Below are positions 8,022 through 17,139 of a stretch of 42,465 bases of DNA, piece by piece (positions within the stretch are counted from its first letter, which is position 1; each line of letters starts with the position of its first letter). The DNA comes from an uncultured Methanosarcinales archaeon (GTDB taxonomy: Archaea; Nanobdellota; Nanobdellia; Woesearchaeales; CAZPJY01): the NCBI GenBank assembly GCA_964587045.1, contig CAZPJY010000016.1:1-42465 (forward strand), read 5' to 3'. A program made the position numbers and the translations under genes. Below the pieces are notes generated by a model. That model was given only the letters and a program-made list of their open reading frames with translations, was not told where the DNA came from and did no database searches.

Positions 8022-11000
8022 ACCAGTCCCTCGATTATTTCGCTTATGGTCTGGGACAATGACTGCCTTATCTCTTCCATGGTCTTGCTGAGGCTGTCCC
8101 TTAGCTCTTCCTCCTGCTCCATCTTAACAGCGACTTCAGCCTCGGTAATCAAATCGATCAAGTCGCTGAAGTCGTCCCGCGCAGACGCCCACACCCCGGC
8201 CTTGTCGCCCATCCCTTGCAGGGTATAATAGGAGGCGAGCGCTTCGGACTTCTGCCTCAGGGTCATCACCTTTACCTTGATGTCCTCGAGTTTCATTATC
8301 AGGGCGAGTCTCTTCATGTCGGTCATCGGCTCGTCCTCAAGCAGGCAGTAGGGCGGAACAGGGCACCCTCCCACCAAGTCGTTGGTGACCCACATCCCGC
8401 CGCCGCGGATGCAGCTTTCCCTGGCGGTTTCGTCGTTCTCAATTTGCGGGCATTCATTTGGCACTGCGCAGTCTGAAGGGCAGGTCTCGTGCTCTCCCTC
8501 ATCACAAGTCCCGTCCCCGCAGTCGTCCATGTCCGGGGGGAAAAGTCGCAGGTAGGACAGCAGGACCTTCCTTATGTTCGTGTCGTAGAATCCACCAACG
8601 CCCTGAACGCGCGTCCTTATCTGCTCAAGCCGGGTTAGGGAGTCCGATGCGATCACGCTCGCAGTGGGTGCTGCGGCCGTCTCCAGGCTGAGTAGCACCA
8701 CGTGTACTCCAGATATCCACGTGGCTTTGCCGTTTACAAGCAAGACTGAATAGCCTCCGAGCTCAATCCTTTGGGGGTACACACCTCTCATCTGCCCTGA
8801 GAAGACAATCTCAGCGTCAGCCCTCGTCTGGAACTCGATGACCCTTGCCTTCAGCCTGGACCCGTCCTGGTATTCGGCCTCACACACATCGACCTTGAAC
8901 GATTCCAGGATATCATCGTACGAGGATGACTTGATGAAGCTGAAAGCCCCTATATCATCCAGCACCAGCGTGTCCTTGCATGCGCAGTCCCTGACGCAGG
9001 TGTCCTCCTCCCCTGATGCGCACAGGCCGTCGCCGCAGACAGACCGGCCGCACTTGCCCTCATGATCGACCGTAACGCCTGCGCATGCCGCGAGGCACCG
9101 GTTTGCGTAGGTATTGCCCCCGGCGCATACTGGCTGGTATACGGCATCGCACATACATCCCGTCTCTGCACATCTGCCGTCTACGCATTCTGTGCCGATT
9201 GGGCAGAGTATGGCACTTTTGGCCTTGCACGCGCCGTTGAAGCAGTAGTACTCATCCAGAGCAAGAGGGGTCTGGCAGAAATCCGCATAAGTTGAGGTGC
9301 CGTCGATGCAGCTGCCCCTGACCGAAAAGTTTAGGCCGCCATCTGAATCTGCGCATGTATCAACATCGGACTGAAGGCATCGCCCTTCAACACATGAGCC
9401 TGGGCAGGGATATGAAACGTGCGAATGGGACGAGCCCTGGCATACCTGTTCGATGAGCAGGTTACCCTCGCAATAATCTTGATAGCTACCAAACTCGGTG
9501 TCGGCAGTGCCCTTTATCCCGTACGCGAGCCCCCCATCTGAATCTGAGCATCTCGAATCCAAAGAACAGGTCTGTACCTCATGCGTATGGTCAGTGAAGT
9601 AGGACCACACCTTCCTCTTCGAACCGTCCTCGAAGACCTGCCAGTCTTCATCATCGACCCTGGGGGTGTACCACCTTGACCATTCGCCGTTGAACCACTT
9701 GACCCTGTACCTGACAATCTCAGGGTGGGGCGATGTCGTGTCCCATTGCGGGTCGGGAGACCTAGTCTGAGTTGTCAGATCGCAGCCTCCCACTTCCTCT
9801 TCAGGGACTTCGACTGTCTCTAGCTGCGTTGGAGAGAGTCTGAAGTCGTCGAGGTATCCCCCAAAACCCTTCCATCCCGCATAGTTGTTGCCTATTCTGA
9901 AAGTTGTGCAGGCATTCAGGGTGAGCCTGGCATCGCCAGCCGAGACTCCATCGACGAACATCTCGATGCTGTCAGCAGACCACACAAGATTTATTTGGTG
10001 CCAGCCTGAGATTTCCTTGTAGGATATGAGAGTGTCCAGTTTTGAGTTGAGCACGATTCCGTTGAGGTACTCGAGGGACAGGGAAGCGTCATCAGTGGTG
10101 AATATAATCCCATTGCCTTCTGGTTTCACCCATATGGAAATCCCGCCTTCTGAGGGGTTGAAGACCAAAGAGCACTGGTATTCGAGCGCATCATTTGTGA
10201 AATCTCCTATCGACATGCCGCTCCTTGAGTCCTCGGAGTATGCCCCGCCTGTCTTCATGGGGCCCATGCCCAGCTCGCTTACAGGGCTTCCGTCGAAATC
10301 AAGGTAAAGCTCCTCATAATTGAGGGTGGACTGCAGGCACCTCCCATTCTCACAACCCTCGGCGCAAATGGTGAAGTTTTCCCACCTGCATGAGGAGGTC
10401 CGGTAGGCTGAGGTTAAGTGTGAGAGGCACTGCCATCCCTCGTCGCAGGTCTGCTCTGCGCCTGTGCACTCGCCGTTGCTGCATCCATGCTCGCATATGA
10501 CCGTCTCCGATGTCGGGACTCCGCCGGAGCAGAAATGCTCTATTAGGGTTGTCTCGGAATAGCCTGCACACTGGTCGGTTCCCTGGGTGCCGTCACTGCT
10601 GACCGTGCCCCTGACAAAAGGGACCTTACCTCCATCTGTATCCGTGCAGCTGCCAGGCTCGTCGACGCACGCGCCGGCGTCGCAGAATGCCGGGCATTCG
10701 TACCTCTCGGTCTTGGCCAAGCCTCCAGAGCAGTAATGCTCCTCGATCATGAAGACGCCCTTGTCGACGAAGTATGTACAAGTGTCCTGGTACCTGTCGC
10801 TGCCGAAGGTCACCACGCCCGGGACCGAGTAGGATTTGCCGCCGTCAGAGTCGGAGCATGTCGGGGTCGGGACGCACGCGCCTGCTGAGCAGCCGAACTC
10901 GCAATCTATTTCCCGTGGCTGGCATGCCTTGAACCCGGATGTTATCTCTTCGCACCCGTACTCGTAGAGCGTTCGGGCAGCGGCCGACCCTACAGCGCAT

Positions 11001-11413
11001 TCAGAGGCGCAGCAGTCCTCAAAGGAGTGGTTGCCAGATGCGTCCGAGAATACACACAGTCCCCTTATCTCGGCGTCGCCGCCATCAGTGTCAAGGCACG
11101 TGTAGCCGACCGTCAGGGGGTACTCGTTGCAGGCTCCGTCATCGCATCCGAACTTGCACTGGACCTGGAGTACGCCCAGGGTGTGGCCGTCGCAGTAGTA
11201 TTCCTTCAGGACGCCATCGGACGCGCAGTAGTCCGATATTCGGCTTGTGCCGAGCTCCACAGTCCCCATGATGTACCTGTCTTGGCCACCGTCGGTGTCT
11301 ATGCATGTCGGCAGGTCGATCGCATCAGCTCCGGTGATAGCGTCGAAGAAGGCCGAAGCTGGAACGCAGAGCAAAATCAGCACTGCAACATATAGCCCTC
11401 CCCGTGTCCCCAT
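8018..11413 (-). CDS. Secreted Cys-rich multidomain surface protein (1131 aa): six CxD(T/S)DGG repeats, LamG-like, Kazal-like, CGDGxC repeats, C-terminal helical region
   Basis: Signal peptide ending PASA; LamG-like GISIWVKP..WHQINLVW..MFVDG..FRIG..GYLDDFRL; Kazal-like CDAVYQPVC..TYANRCLAAC; two CGDGxC..E..C..DC. Confidence 0.88.
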   Translation of the reverse strand: MGTRGGLYVAVLILLCVPASAFFDAITGADAIDLPTCIDTDGGQDRYIMGTVELGTSRISDYCASDGVLKEYYCDGHTLGVLQVQCKFGCDDGACNEYPLTVGYTCLDTDGGDAEIRGLCVFSDASGNHSFEDCCASECAVGSAAARTLYEYGCEEITSGFKACQPREIDCEFGCSAGACVPTPTCSDSDGGKSYSVPGVVTFGSDRYQDTCTYFVDKGVFMIEEHYCSGGLAKTERYECPAFCDAGACVDEPGSCTDTDGGKVPFVRGTVSSDGTQGTDQCAGYSETTLIEHFCSGGVPTSETVICEHGCSNGECTGAEQTCDEGWQCLSHLTSAYRTSSCRWENFTICAEGCENGRCLQSTLNYEELYLDFDGSPVSELGMGPMKTGGAYSEDSRSGMSIGDFTNDALEYQCSLVFNPSEGGISIWVKPEGNGIIFTTDDASLSLEYLNGIVLNSKLDTLISYKEISGWHQINLVWSADSIEMFVDGVSAGDARLTLNACTTFRIGNNYAGWKGFGGYLDDFRLSPTQLETVEVPEEEVGGCDLTTQTRSPDPQWDTTSPHPEIVRYRVKWFNGEWSRWYTPRVDDEDWQVFEDGSKRKVWSYFTDHTHEVQTCSLDSRCSDSDGGLAYGIKGTADTEFGSYQDYCEGNLLIEQVCQGSSHSHVSYPCPGSCVEGRCLQSDVDTCADSDGGLNFSVRGSCIDGTSTYADFCQTPLALDEYYCFNGACKAKSAILCPIGTECVDGRCAETGCMCDAVYQPVCAGGNTYANRCLAACAGVTVDHEGKCGRSVCGDGLCASGEEDTCVRDCACKDTLVLDDIGAFSFIKSSSYDDILESFKVDVCEAEYQDGSRLKARVIEFQTRADAEIVFSGQMRGVYPQRIELGGYSVLLVNGKATWISGVHVVLLSLETAAAPTASVIASDSLTRLEQIRTRVQGVGGFYDTNIRKVLLSYLRLFPPDMDDCGDGTCDEGEHETCPSDCAVPNECPQIENDETARESCIRGGGMWVTNDLVGGCPVPPYCLLEDEPMTDMKRLALIMKLEDIKVKVMTLRQKSEALASYYTLQGMGDKAGVWASARDDFSDLIDLITEAEVAVKMEQEEELRDSLSKTMEEIRQSLSQTISEIIEGLV

Positions 11414-11434
11414 GCAAGAAAATAGGCTCGGAGG

Positions 11435-13531
11435 CTATTTAAACTTTTTCCTCATGGGAATTGGGAGCCTAAGTGGCTTTTTCTCCCTGGCCCTATCAAG
11501 GAGCCTGACCAGTCCGCCCTTGGTCTTCTTGCGCGCAGCCCTAGCTGCGAGGCGCTTGTTGCTGATCATCTGGTAGAACCAGCTCTTGTACTCCTGATGG
11601 TAATCCTTAATGAACTCTTCGAGGACCTGGATGTGTATTGACCTTATCGCGTCTGCAATCGCGCCGGGGTTGTCACGGTATTTCTTGTCGTACGTGGTGA
11701 AGAATTTCGAAACGTCAGTTATCTTCTCCCTGCGCCTCTCGATCTGTCTTATCTCAAGCCCCCGGACGAACCTCAAGGAGTACTTCTTGAAGTAGTTGCG
11801 CTTGGTGGCCTTGTCAAGGCCCCACACCAAAAGGAATATGATCGCGCTGTAAACCAGTATGATCGCTAGCGTCCCGACGACGTCGAATATGCCAGATCCG
11901 AAGAGCATGGTCTTCCTGAGTACGTCGGATCCTAGGACGAAGGGGTTGAATCTGGCAATCCCCCTTACGGCCGTGGGCATGCTCTCTAAGGGCAGTATGA
12001 AATCTGAGACCAGGAGCATTACGCTCCCTACCGATAAAGCGCCGAGGATGGACGATTGGCCTGATGAGAAGAGGTATCCGACCGCAAGTCCAATCACGAT
12101 GAACAGTATGGATACGAAGATTAATACGACGAAGCTGAGCGCGACGTTGGTCATCAGGGCATTGAATATGAGTAGGCCTGCCGCAACAAGTATGCCTACC
12201 TGGACTATTGTGAGCAGGAGGGTGGTCAGGAAGTTTCCGAGGATGAAAGTGATGTCTGGGCAGGGTGTCGTGAAGTTTCTGAAGTGCGCCCTGGAATCCT
12301 TCTCCCTTACCACTATAGTAGCCGAAAGCAGCATAGCCACGAACATGACAACCATGACGAGCAGGAAGGGGAATATGTAGTTGAGCCTGCTCCTTTCCAT
12401 AACCACTGGTTCAATCTTGGTGACTATCGGCCGAGTTATGGTGGATGATGATGTTATGGCCAATCCTTTGATCATGAAATCCGAGTCTCGAAGCACGTCT
12501 CGCACATCTGTGATGTTGTCGGAAATCTCCTTCAGGGAGTCGCCGACAGTTGCGACGCCGGTCTTGAGGTCCTCCCTCGCATTTGATATCTCTGAGAAAC
12601 GGTTCGCCGTCTCGATGAGCGCAGCCTCGGAGTTGGCTATCGCGGTGAACGAGTCGTCCACCAGATCGACGATGGCCTCCCTTTCGGTCGAGATGCTCCG
12701 GTTCTTGTCCTGGGCGTAGTCGCTGGTCTCGTTGAACATGTCGAGGACATCATCGAGGCTGTGGGTGGAAGCGTTGCTGTCCTTCAGCGATTCGTAGGCT
12801 CTCTCGACGTCATGGTAGTATTCGTCTACATTGAAAGTCACCACGTTTGCTAGGAGCGCTGCATGTTCCCTCATGGCTTCCGATGCGTCGTCGATGTCTT
12901 CAAGCGACTCCTTAACGTCACCGACAGCGAAATCATGGGTGTTGAATGAGAGGTCCATCTGCCTGAAATCGTCGTCGAGTCCGAGTGCTTCGTCCCTTGC
13001 CGCATACTGCTCTTCGTTCAGCCGCCCCAGCCGGTTGTTCTGTTCTATAATGCTGCTGTCCACCTCGTCCATGACATCGAGTATCTCGTCAGTTATACCC
13101 TCGCTTATCTCATCGGAACGGATCGCAAGCTTTTCGGAGACCGAGTCCCTAACCGCATATACCAGGTTGAAGTTGGAGTTGTCCACATATATGACCACTT
13201 CATTAGTCTCATTGTTGGAGAGCGCCATGTCGGGCGGGAATGATATGCACATGTGCGCCCCGCCGTCCTTGATGAGCTGGATGCACTCTTCCAGCGTCCC
13301 TGTGGGGATGATAGTAAAGCCGCTTTCACCCAGAACCGTCACGAAGGAGTTGCTGAGCGTCGAGTAGGAATCAGAATGGACAGCCACGAGGACGTCATAC
13401 TCCGAGATGTTGCTGAAGGCTAGGCCCACCAGTATTATTATCAGCAGCGGACCCAGTATCATCACGAGAAGCGAACTCTTGCTCCTTATGAGCACCTTCA
13501 GGTTCTTCTCGATAATCTTCAGCAGCTTCAT
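11435..13531 (-). CDS. ABC-2 type permease with large extracellular coiled-coil domain (YhgE/Pip-like architecture)
   Basis: One N-terminal TM, ~340-aa acidic helical ectodomain, about five C-terminal TMs, VREK..R and LPLESMP..NP motifs; coupled to the ATPase gene. Confidence 0.88.
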   Translation of the reverse strand: MKLLKIIEKNLKVLIRSKSSLLVMILGPLLIIILVGLAFSNISEYDVLVAVHSDSYSTLSNSFVTVLGESGFTIIPTGTLEECIQLIKDGGAHMCISFPPDMALSNNETNEVVIYVDNSNFNLVYAVRDSVSEKLAIRSDEISEGITDEILDVMDEVDSSIIEQNNRLGRLNEEQYAARDEALGLDDDFRQMDLSFNTHDFAVGDVKESLEDIDDASEAMREHAALLANVVTFNVDEYYHDVERAYESLKDSNASTHSLDDVLDMFNETSDYAQDKNRSISTEREAIVDLVDDSFTAIANSEAALIETANRFSEISNAREDLKTGVATVGDSLKEISDNITDVRDVLRDSDFMIKGLAITSSSTITRPIVTKIEPVVMERSRLNYIFPFLLVMVVMFVAMLLSATIVVREKDSRAHFRNFTTPCPDITFILGNFLTTLLLTIVQVGILVAAGLLIFNALMTNVALSFVVLIFVSILFIVIGLAVGYLFSSGQSSILGALSVGSVMLLVSDFILPLESMPTAVRGIARFNPFVLGSDVLRKTMLFGSGIFDVVGTLAIILVYSAIIFLLVWGLDKATKRNYFKKYSLRFVRGLEIRQIERRREKITDVSKFFTTYDKKYRDNPGAIADAIRSIHIQVLEEFIKDYHQEYKSWFYQMISNKRLAARAARKKTKGGLVRLLDRAREKKPLRLPIPMRKKFK

Positions 13532-14493
13532 TTTTTCTCAAGGAAGTCGAAGACCTCCTCAAGGGAGGGCTTGCGTATCTTGATGTCAATAAGCGAATCT
13601 CCGGACAACTCGATCGCGTGCAGCACCTTGTGAATCACCTTCTCGGGGTGCAGCGTTGATATGACCAGCTCGGTCCCGCGATCCTCGAGGCTGATTATCG
13701 CCTTGTCCTTGAGCTTGGCCATCAGGGACTTGTAGTTGCCAGCCATGGTCTCGATGTGTATCTCTTCCGTGCTGGACAGGTTCTCTTTGATCTGGCCTGG
13801 TGACCCCACCATGACTATCCTTCCTTCGTCGAGTATCCCTATCCTCGTGCAGAAGGATTCCAGCTCTGACAGGTGGTGGGATGAAAGTATGATTGTGGTG
13901 CCTCTCTTGTTTATGGAGACGAGCAGCTTCCATATCTGCTTGGCCAGCACGGGATCCAGGTCCGCTGTAGGCTCGTCGAGAATAAGCACAGGAGGATTGT
14001 GTACGAGCGCGCAGGCTATATCCAGCCTGCGTTGCATACCTCCAGACAGCTTGGCTGATTGGAGGTCCTTGACTTCGTAAAGCTCCATGAACCTCAGGAG
14101 AACGCGTATGTTGCTTTCGGCCGACTCTTTGGTCATGTTGTAGAGCGCGGCGAAGTACTTGAGGTTCTCGAGAACTGTCAGCTCGGGGTAGAAGCTCGGG
14201 GTCTGGGCCGCAAAACCGAAGGTCTTCTTGACATCGATTAGCTTTCTGTACACGCTCACCATCCTATCAGGCCCTTGGAGCTTGAGCAGGCGATTAAGGA
14301 TTATCCTCGTATCACCCTTCTCGGGATGCAGGAAACCGACCATGGAGTTGAGGAGAGTTGTCTTGCCCGAGCCAGACACCCCTATTATCCCGAAGATCTC
14401 CCCCTCATGGATATCAAGGGAGATGTCGTTTAGGACCACTACGCGTCCAAAACTCTTGAGAAGCCCTGCTACCTGGAGTATTGTCGCCGGCAT
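13528..14493 (-). CDS. ABC transporter ATP-binding protein (DrrA/NatA-like exporter type)
   Basis: GVSGSGKT, LSGGMQRR, LILDEPT, SSH. Confidence 0.96.
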   Translation of the reverse strand: MPATILQVAGLLKSFGRVVVLNDISLDIHEGEIFGIIGVSGSGKTTLLNSMVGFLHPEKGDTRIILNRLLKLQGPDRMVSVYRKLIDVKKTFGFAAQTPSFYPELTVLENLKYFAALYNMTKESAESNIRVLLRFMELYEVKDLQSAKLSGGMQRRLDIACALVHNPPVLILDEPTADLDPVLAKQIWKLLVSINKRGTTIILSSHHLSELESFCTRIGILDEGRIVMVGSPGQIKENLSSTEEIHIETMAGNYKSLMAKLKDKAIISLEDRGTELVISTLHPEKVIHKVLHAIELSGDSLIDIKIRKPSLEEVFDFLEKK

Positions 14494-14521
14494 GACGGAA
14501 TAAACGGAGCCCGTGTATTTA

Positions 14522-15160
14522 TTACTTTCGCCGCTTCATGCGGATGAATTCGACCAGCAAATAGACTGCCACAGCGAACGCCGCGCCTATCAGGAACCAC
14601 ATCGCAACGGTCGCCCAAGGGTAGGGCTGCGCAGCCGCATTGATTGCCTGCGGCACCGCTTCCGCAACCATCTGCGAGGCAGGTGCAGCCAGCATCTCGG
14701 ACTCTTCGGCCATGAGACGCGGCGCAGCTTTCGCAGCTGCGTCCATCGCAAGGGAAGGCTGGTTGATAAGGCCCAGCATCCTGATAATTCCAGCTCCTGC
14801 GACCGACACGATGCCGACAGGCAGAATTTTCTTGAGCTTGTCCTTGAAGCTCTCAATCTTGGCGTCCTTAGGGGCTATGATGATGAACTTGTTGGCGAGC
14901 GAGTAGTGGTTCACCTCTTTTCCCTTCTCGCTGTAATGGAACTCGTCGACCCTGATCAGGTTGAACTTCATCAGCGCCTTGAGGTTGTAGTGCACAGTTG
15001 AAAGGGGCACATTGAGGCGTTTTGAAAGCTCAGTCTCAGTGGCCTTGCCCTTTGAGAGCTCGTCGAGTATGTTCCTGCACGTGTCGTTGTTCACAACCTG
15101 CGCAAGCTGCTTGGCCTGCTCGTCCTTGAGCGACACCAGGAGGAATGATTCGTCTGCCAT
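14522..15160 (-). CDS. ArsR-like winged-HTH regulator with C-terminal hydrophobic (membrane) segments
   Basis: ATETELSKRLNVPLSTVHYNLKAL, YSEKG wing; two hydrophobic segments flanking an Ala-rich linker. Confidence 0.85.
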   Translation of the reverse strand: MADESFLLVSLKDEQAKQLAQVVNNDTCRNILDELSKGKATETELSKRLNVPLSTVHYNLKALMKFNLIRVDEFHYSEKGKEVNHYSLANKFIIIAPKDAKIESFKDKLKKILPVGIVSVAGAGIIRMLGLINQPSLAMDAAAKAAPRLMAEESEMLAAPASQMVAEAVPQAINAAAQPYPWATVAMWFLIGAAFAVAVYLLVEFIRMKRRK

Positions 15161-15261
15161 GATCCTTGGGTGCCTGCTCTCTTATATATAGGTATTGATA
15201 CCTTTAAATCGGCTCGCAGCTTCACAAATATTAAATATTAACCAGCTAAGCTATTGTAAAG

Positions 15262-15657
15262 ATGGAGTTCCACGTGCAAACCTCATCAAGTTTGGAGCTG
15301 AAGGACATAACACACCAAGTCAAGCGTCTTGTGAAGGAATCAGGGGTAAAGGAAGGGCAGGTCCTAATCTACGTGCCGCATGCCACGGCCGCGATTACCA
15401 TCAACGAGAACGCTGACCCTAACATCAGGACTGACATCATCGAGGCCCTGGGGAGCATGGTCAAGGATTCTGGCTGGCGTCATGACAGGATAGACAACAA
15501 CGGCTCCGCCCACATCAGGGCAAGCGTCATAGGGCCATCTGAGACCGTTCCCCTGGTCGACGGAGAGATGCAGCTCGGGACCTGGCAGGACATCTTCCTG
15601 GTGGAGCTTGACGGCCCCAGGGACAGAAGGGTCGTGGTGAGTGTGGTGGGAAGATGA
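15262..15657 (+). CDS. yjbQ: YjbQ/UPF0047 family protein
   Basis: PHATAAITINEN.DP, H...D.N..AH, LGTWQ.IF..ELDGPR. Confidence 0.93.
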   Translation: MEFHVQTSSSLELKDITHQVKRLVKESGVKEGQVLIYVPHATAAITINENADPNIRTDIIEALGSMVKDSGWRHDRIDNNGSAHIRASVIGPSETVPLVDGEMQLGTWQDIFLVELDGPRDRRVVVSVVGR

Positions 15658-15908
15658 TTGTTGACGCCATAGGGTATCTCGGGGCAACAATCGTAGCACT
15701 ATACCTGCTCATGCACCTGGTGCAGCCGGTGTTCGTCAAGAAGAAGCTGAAGCCCAGGCTCGCTGACATGATTGTGTGGATGAGCTCGCTGACGCTGCTG
15801 CTTATCTATGCGGTAGCGAAAGAGGCCTATCCTTTCGTAATCTTCTTCGCGGTAGTTGTCTCATGGGGAACGCTCGGCTTCTTCGATTATTTCAAGAGGC
15901 TGCCTTGA
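15654..15908 (+). CDS. Small 3-TM membrane protein, loosely SemiSWEET/PQ-loop-like
   Basis: Three hydrophobic helices, IGYLGA start, LLIYA..YPF; ATGA overlap with yjbQ; canonical PQ absent. Confidence 0.6.
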   Translation: MIVDAIGYLGATIVALYLLMHLVQPVFVKKKLKPRLADMIVWMSSLTLLLIYAVAKEAYPFVIFFAVVVSWGTLGFFDYFKRLP

Positions 15909-15995
15909 GGATTAGCATCAGCCCTGCATTTTAGATAATTATCTTCACTATTGAAAATCAACAATATTTATAAACCCAAGAGTCCTCCCCCACCA

Positions 15996-16301
15996 TGTAG
16001 GGAGGCGCCTGACCGACGGTGCGTACGCGCTGAGGAAAGTCCGCCCACTTAAATTGGCCACTCGTGAAAGCGAGGCTGGGACAACCGGCGGCAACCACTC
16101 AGAAACGGTACCGCCTGCCGCGAGGATGACGATGGCGAACCGAGCCGGTGACGGCAGGGAGCTAACCCTCCGACGTTGCGGCAGGAGAGGATGAAACGGT
16201 GAGCCCTGGCCAGTGCAAGTCTTAGAGACGCTTAGTTGAATGTCAGGAAAGCCCGTCCGATTACGGGGGCTCAACAGAAGGCGGCTTACAGCTTCCCTAC
16301 A
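15996..16301 (+). ncRNA. rnpB: Archaeal RNase P RNA
   Basis: GAGGAAAGTCCGCC (16032-16045) and AACAGAAGGCGGCTTAC (16273-16289) form P4; P1 TGTAGGGAGGC/GCTTCCCTACA; P2 CCTGAC/GTCAGG; CAGAAAC, TGAAAC, GTGCAAG and GCTTAGTTGAATG conserved regions; TTTATAAA box at 15967-15974; T-run after the 3' end. Confidence 0.96.
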
Positions 16302-16827
16302 CTTTTTCTATTCCTAGTCTCTCTTCGATGGATAAAAGGCTTTTCTCGATGAATGAGCGGTAATGCAAGCTGACGTCCCTCTTATTGAAATTCTTTACCT
16401 GGTTAAGGAAAGCAGGGTACTCTCTCTTATTGATGAACCTCTCGATGGTTAGGGAGTCTGAAAATACAAAATAAAATTTAGCGAGGTAAAAAACAAAGGA
16501 TTTCTCAGCTACCTGTTTCGCATGGAATCCCTCATGGTCGATGAGGGTGGAAATTAAATCATCAATTTTCAGATGGTCAAAACCTGAAAACGCACTGGGA
16601 AAAACATCAATCCTACTTTTCTTGTTTCGTGAGAATTGCTTAAAAGGCCTCACCAGTGTGTGTGCAATTCTAGGATCCAGTCTCCATCTAAGTTTGTAAT
16701 GGGGGGAATCATTACTAATATAATTCAAACTCTTGATATATGTTCCCTCAAGATTGATACTGTTCAGTAACTCCTGCCTGAAGGTCGGATTATCCTTTGC
16801 CTGCTGGAGGTATTGATCAAGTTCCAT
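16297..16827 (-). CDS. AT-rich hypothetical protein with HExxH zinc-metallopeptidase-like motif
   Basis: LIDHEGFHAKQ plus downstream E..A (REYPAF); visibly lower GC than flanking genes. Confidence 0.7.
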   Translation of the reverse strand: MELDQYLQQAKDNPTFRQELLNSINLEGTYIKSLNYISNDSPHYKLRWRLDPRIAHTLVRPFKQFSRNKKSRIDVFPSAFSGFDHLKIDDLISTLIDHEGFHAKQVAEKSFVFYLAKFYFVFSDSLTIERFINKREYPAFLNQVKNFNKRDVSLHYRSFIEKSLLSIEERLGIEKV

Positions 16828-16900
16828 ATGGCATAGATGCTAAACTAATATAAAAATATTACGAATTTATTGCTACTTTATAGTAGTAAAATAATAGAAA

Positions 16901-17134
16901 TTAAAGCTTGGGCAGGTTCTTTGTGTACTTGGGCTCGAACTTGTGGCTTATCACAAACTCGTGGTTGTAAGGCATGATCTCGAGCACCCTGTGCTCGATG
17001 TCTCCCATCACATCCTCGCCCACACGGCCGTAGTAGTAGACAGCGACGTACTTGTCATATACATCGATGGCCTGAACTTTGTCATAAGCATTGATTATGT
17101 TCATGACCTGTTTTTGTATGAGCTTCTTATCCAT
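16901..17134 (-). CDS. Hypothetical protein (77 aa, MDKKLIQ...)
   Basis: ATG at 17134 preceded by GGAGGT, 5 nt after the stop of the IucA-like gene; the longer ORF-track start overlaps that gene. Confidence 0.75.
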   Translation of the reverse strand: MDKKLIQKQVMNIINAYDKVQAIDVYDKYVAVYYYGRVGEDVMGDIEHRVLEIMPYNHEFVISHKFEPKYTKNLPKL

Positions 17135-17139
17135 TGTAC

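Noticed and set aside
15948..16274. 108-aa minus-strand ORF
   Set aside because: Antisense shadow of the RNase P RNA gene
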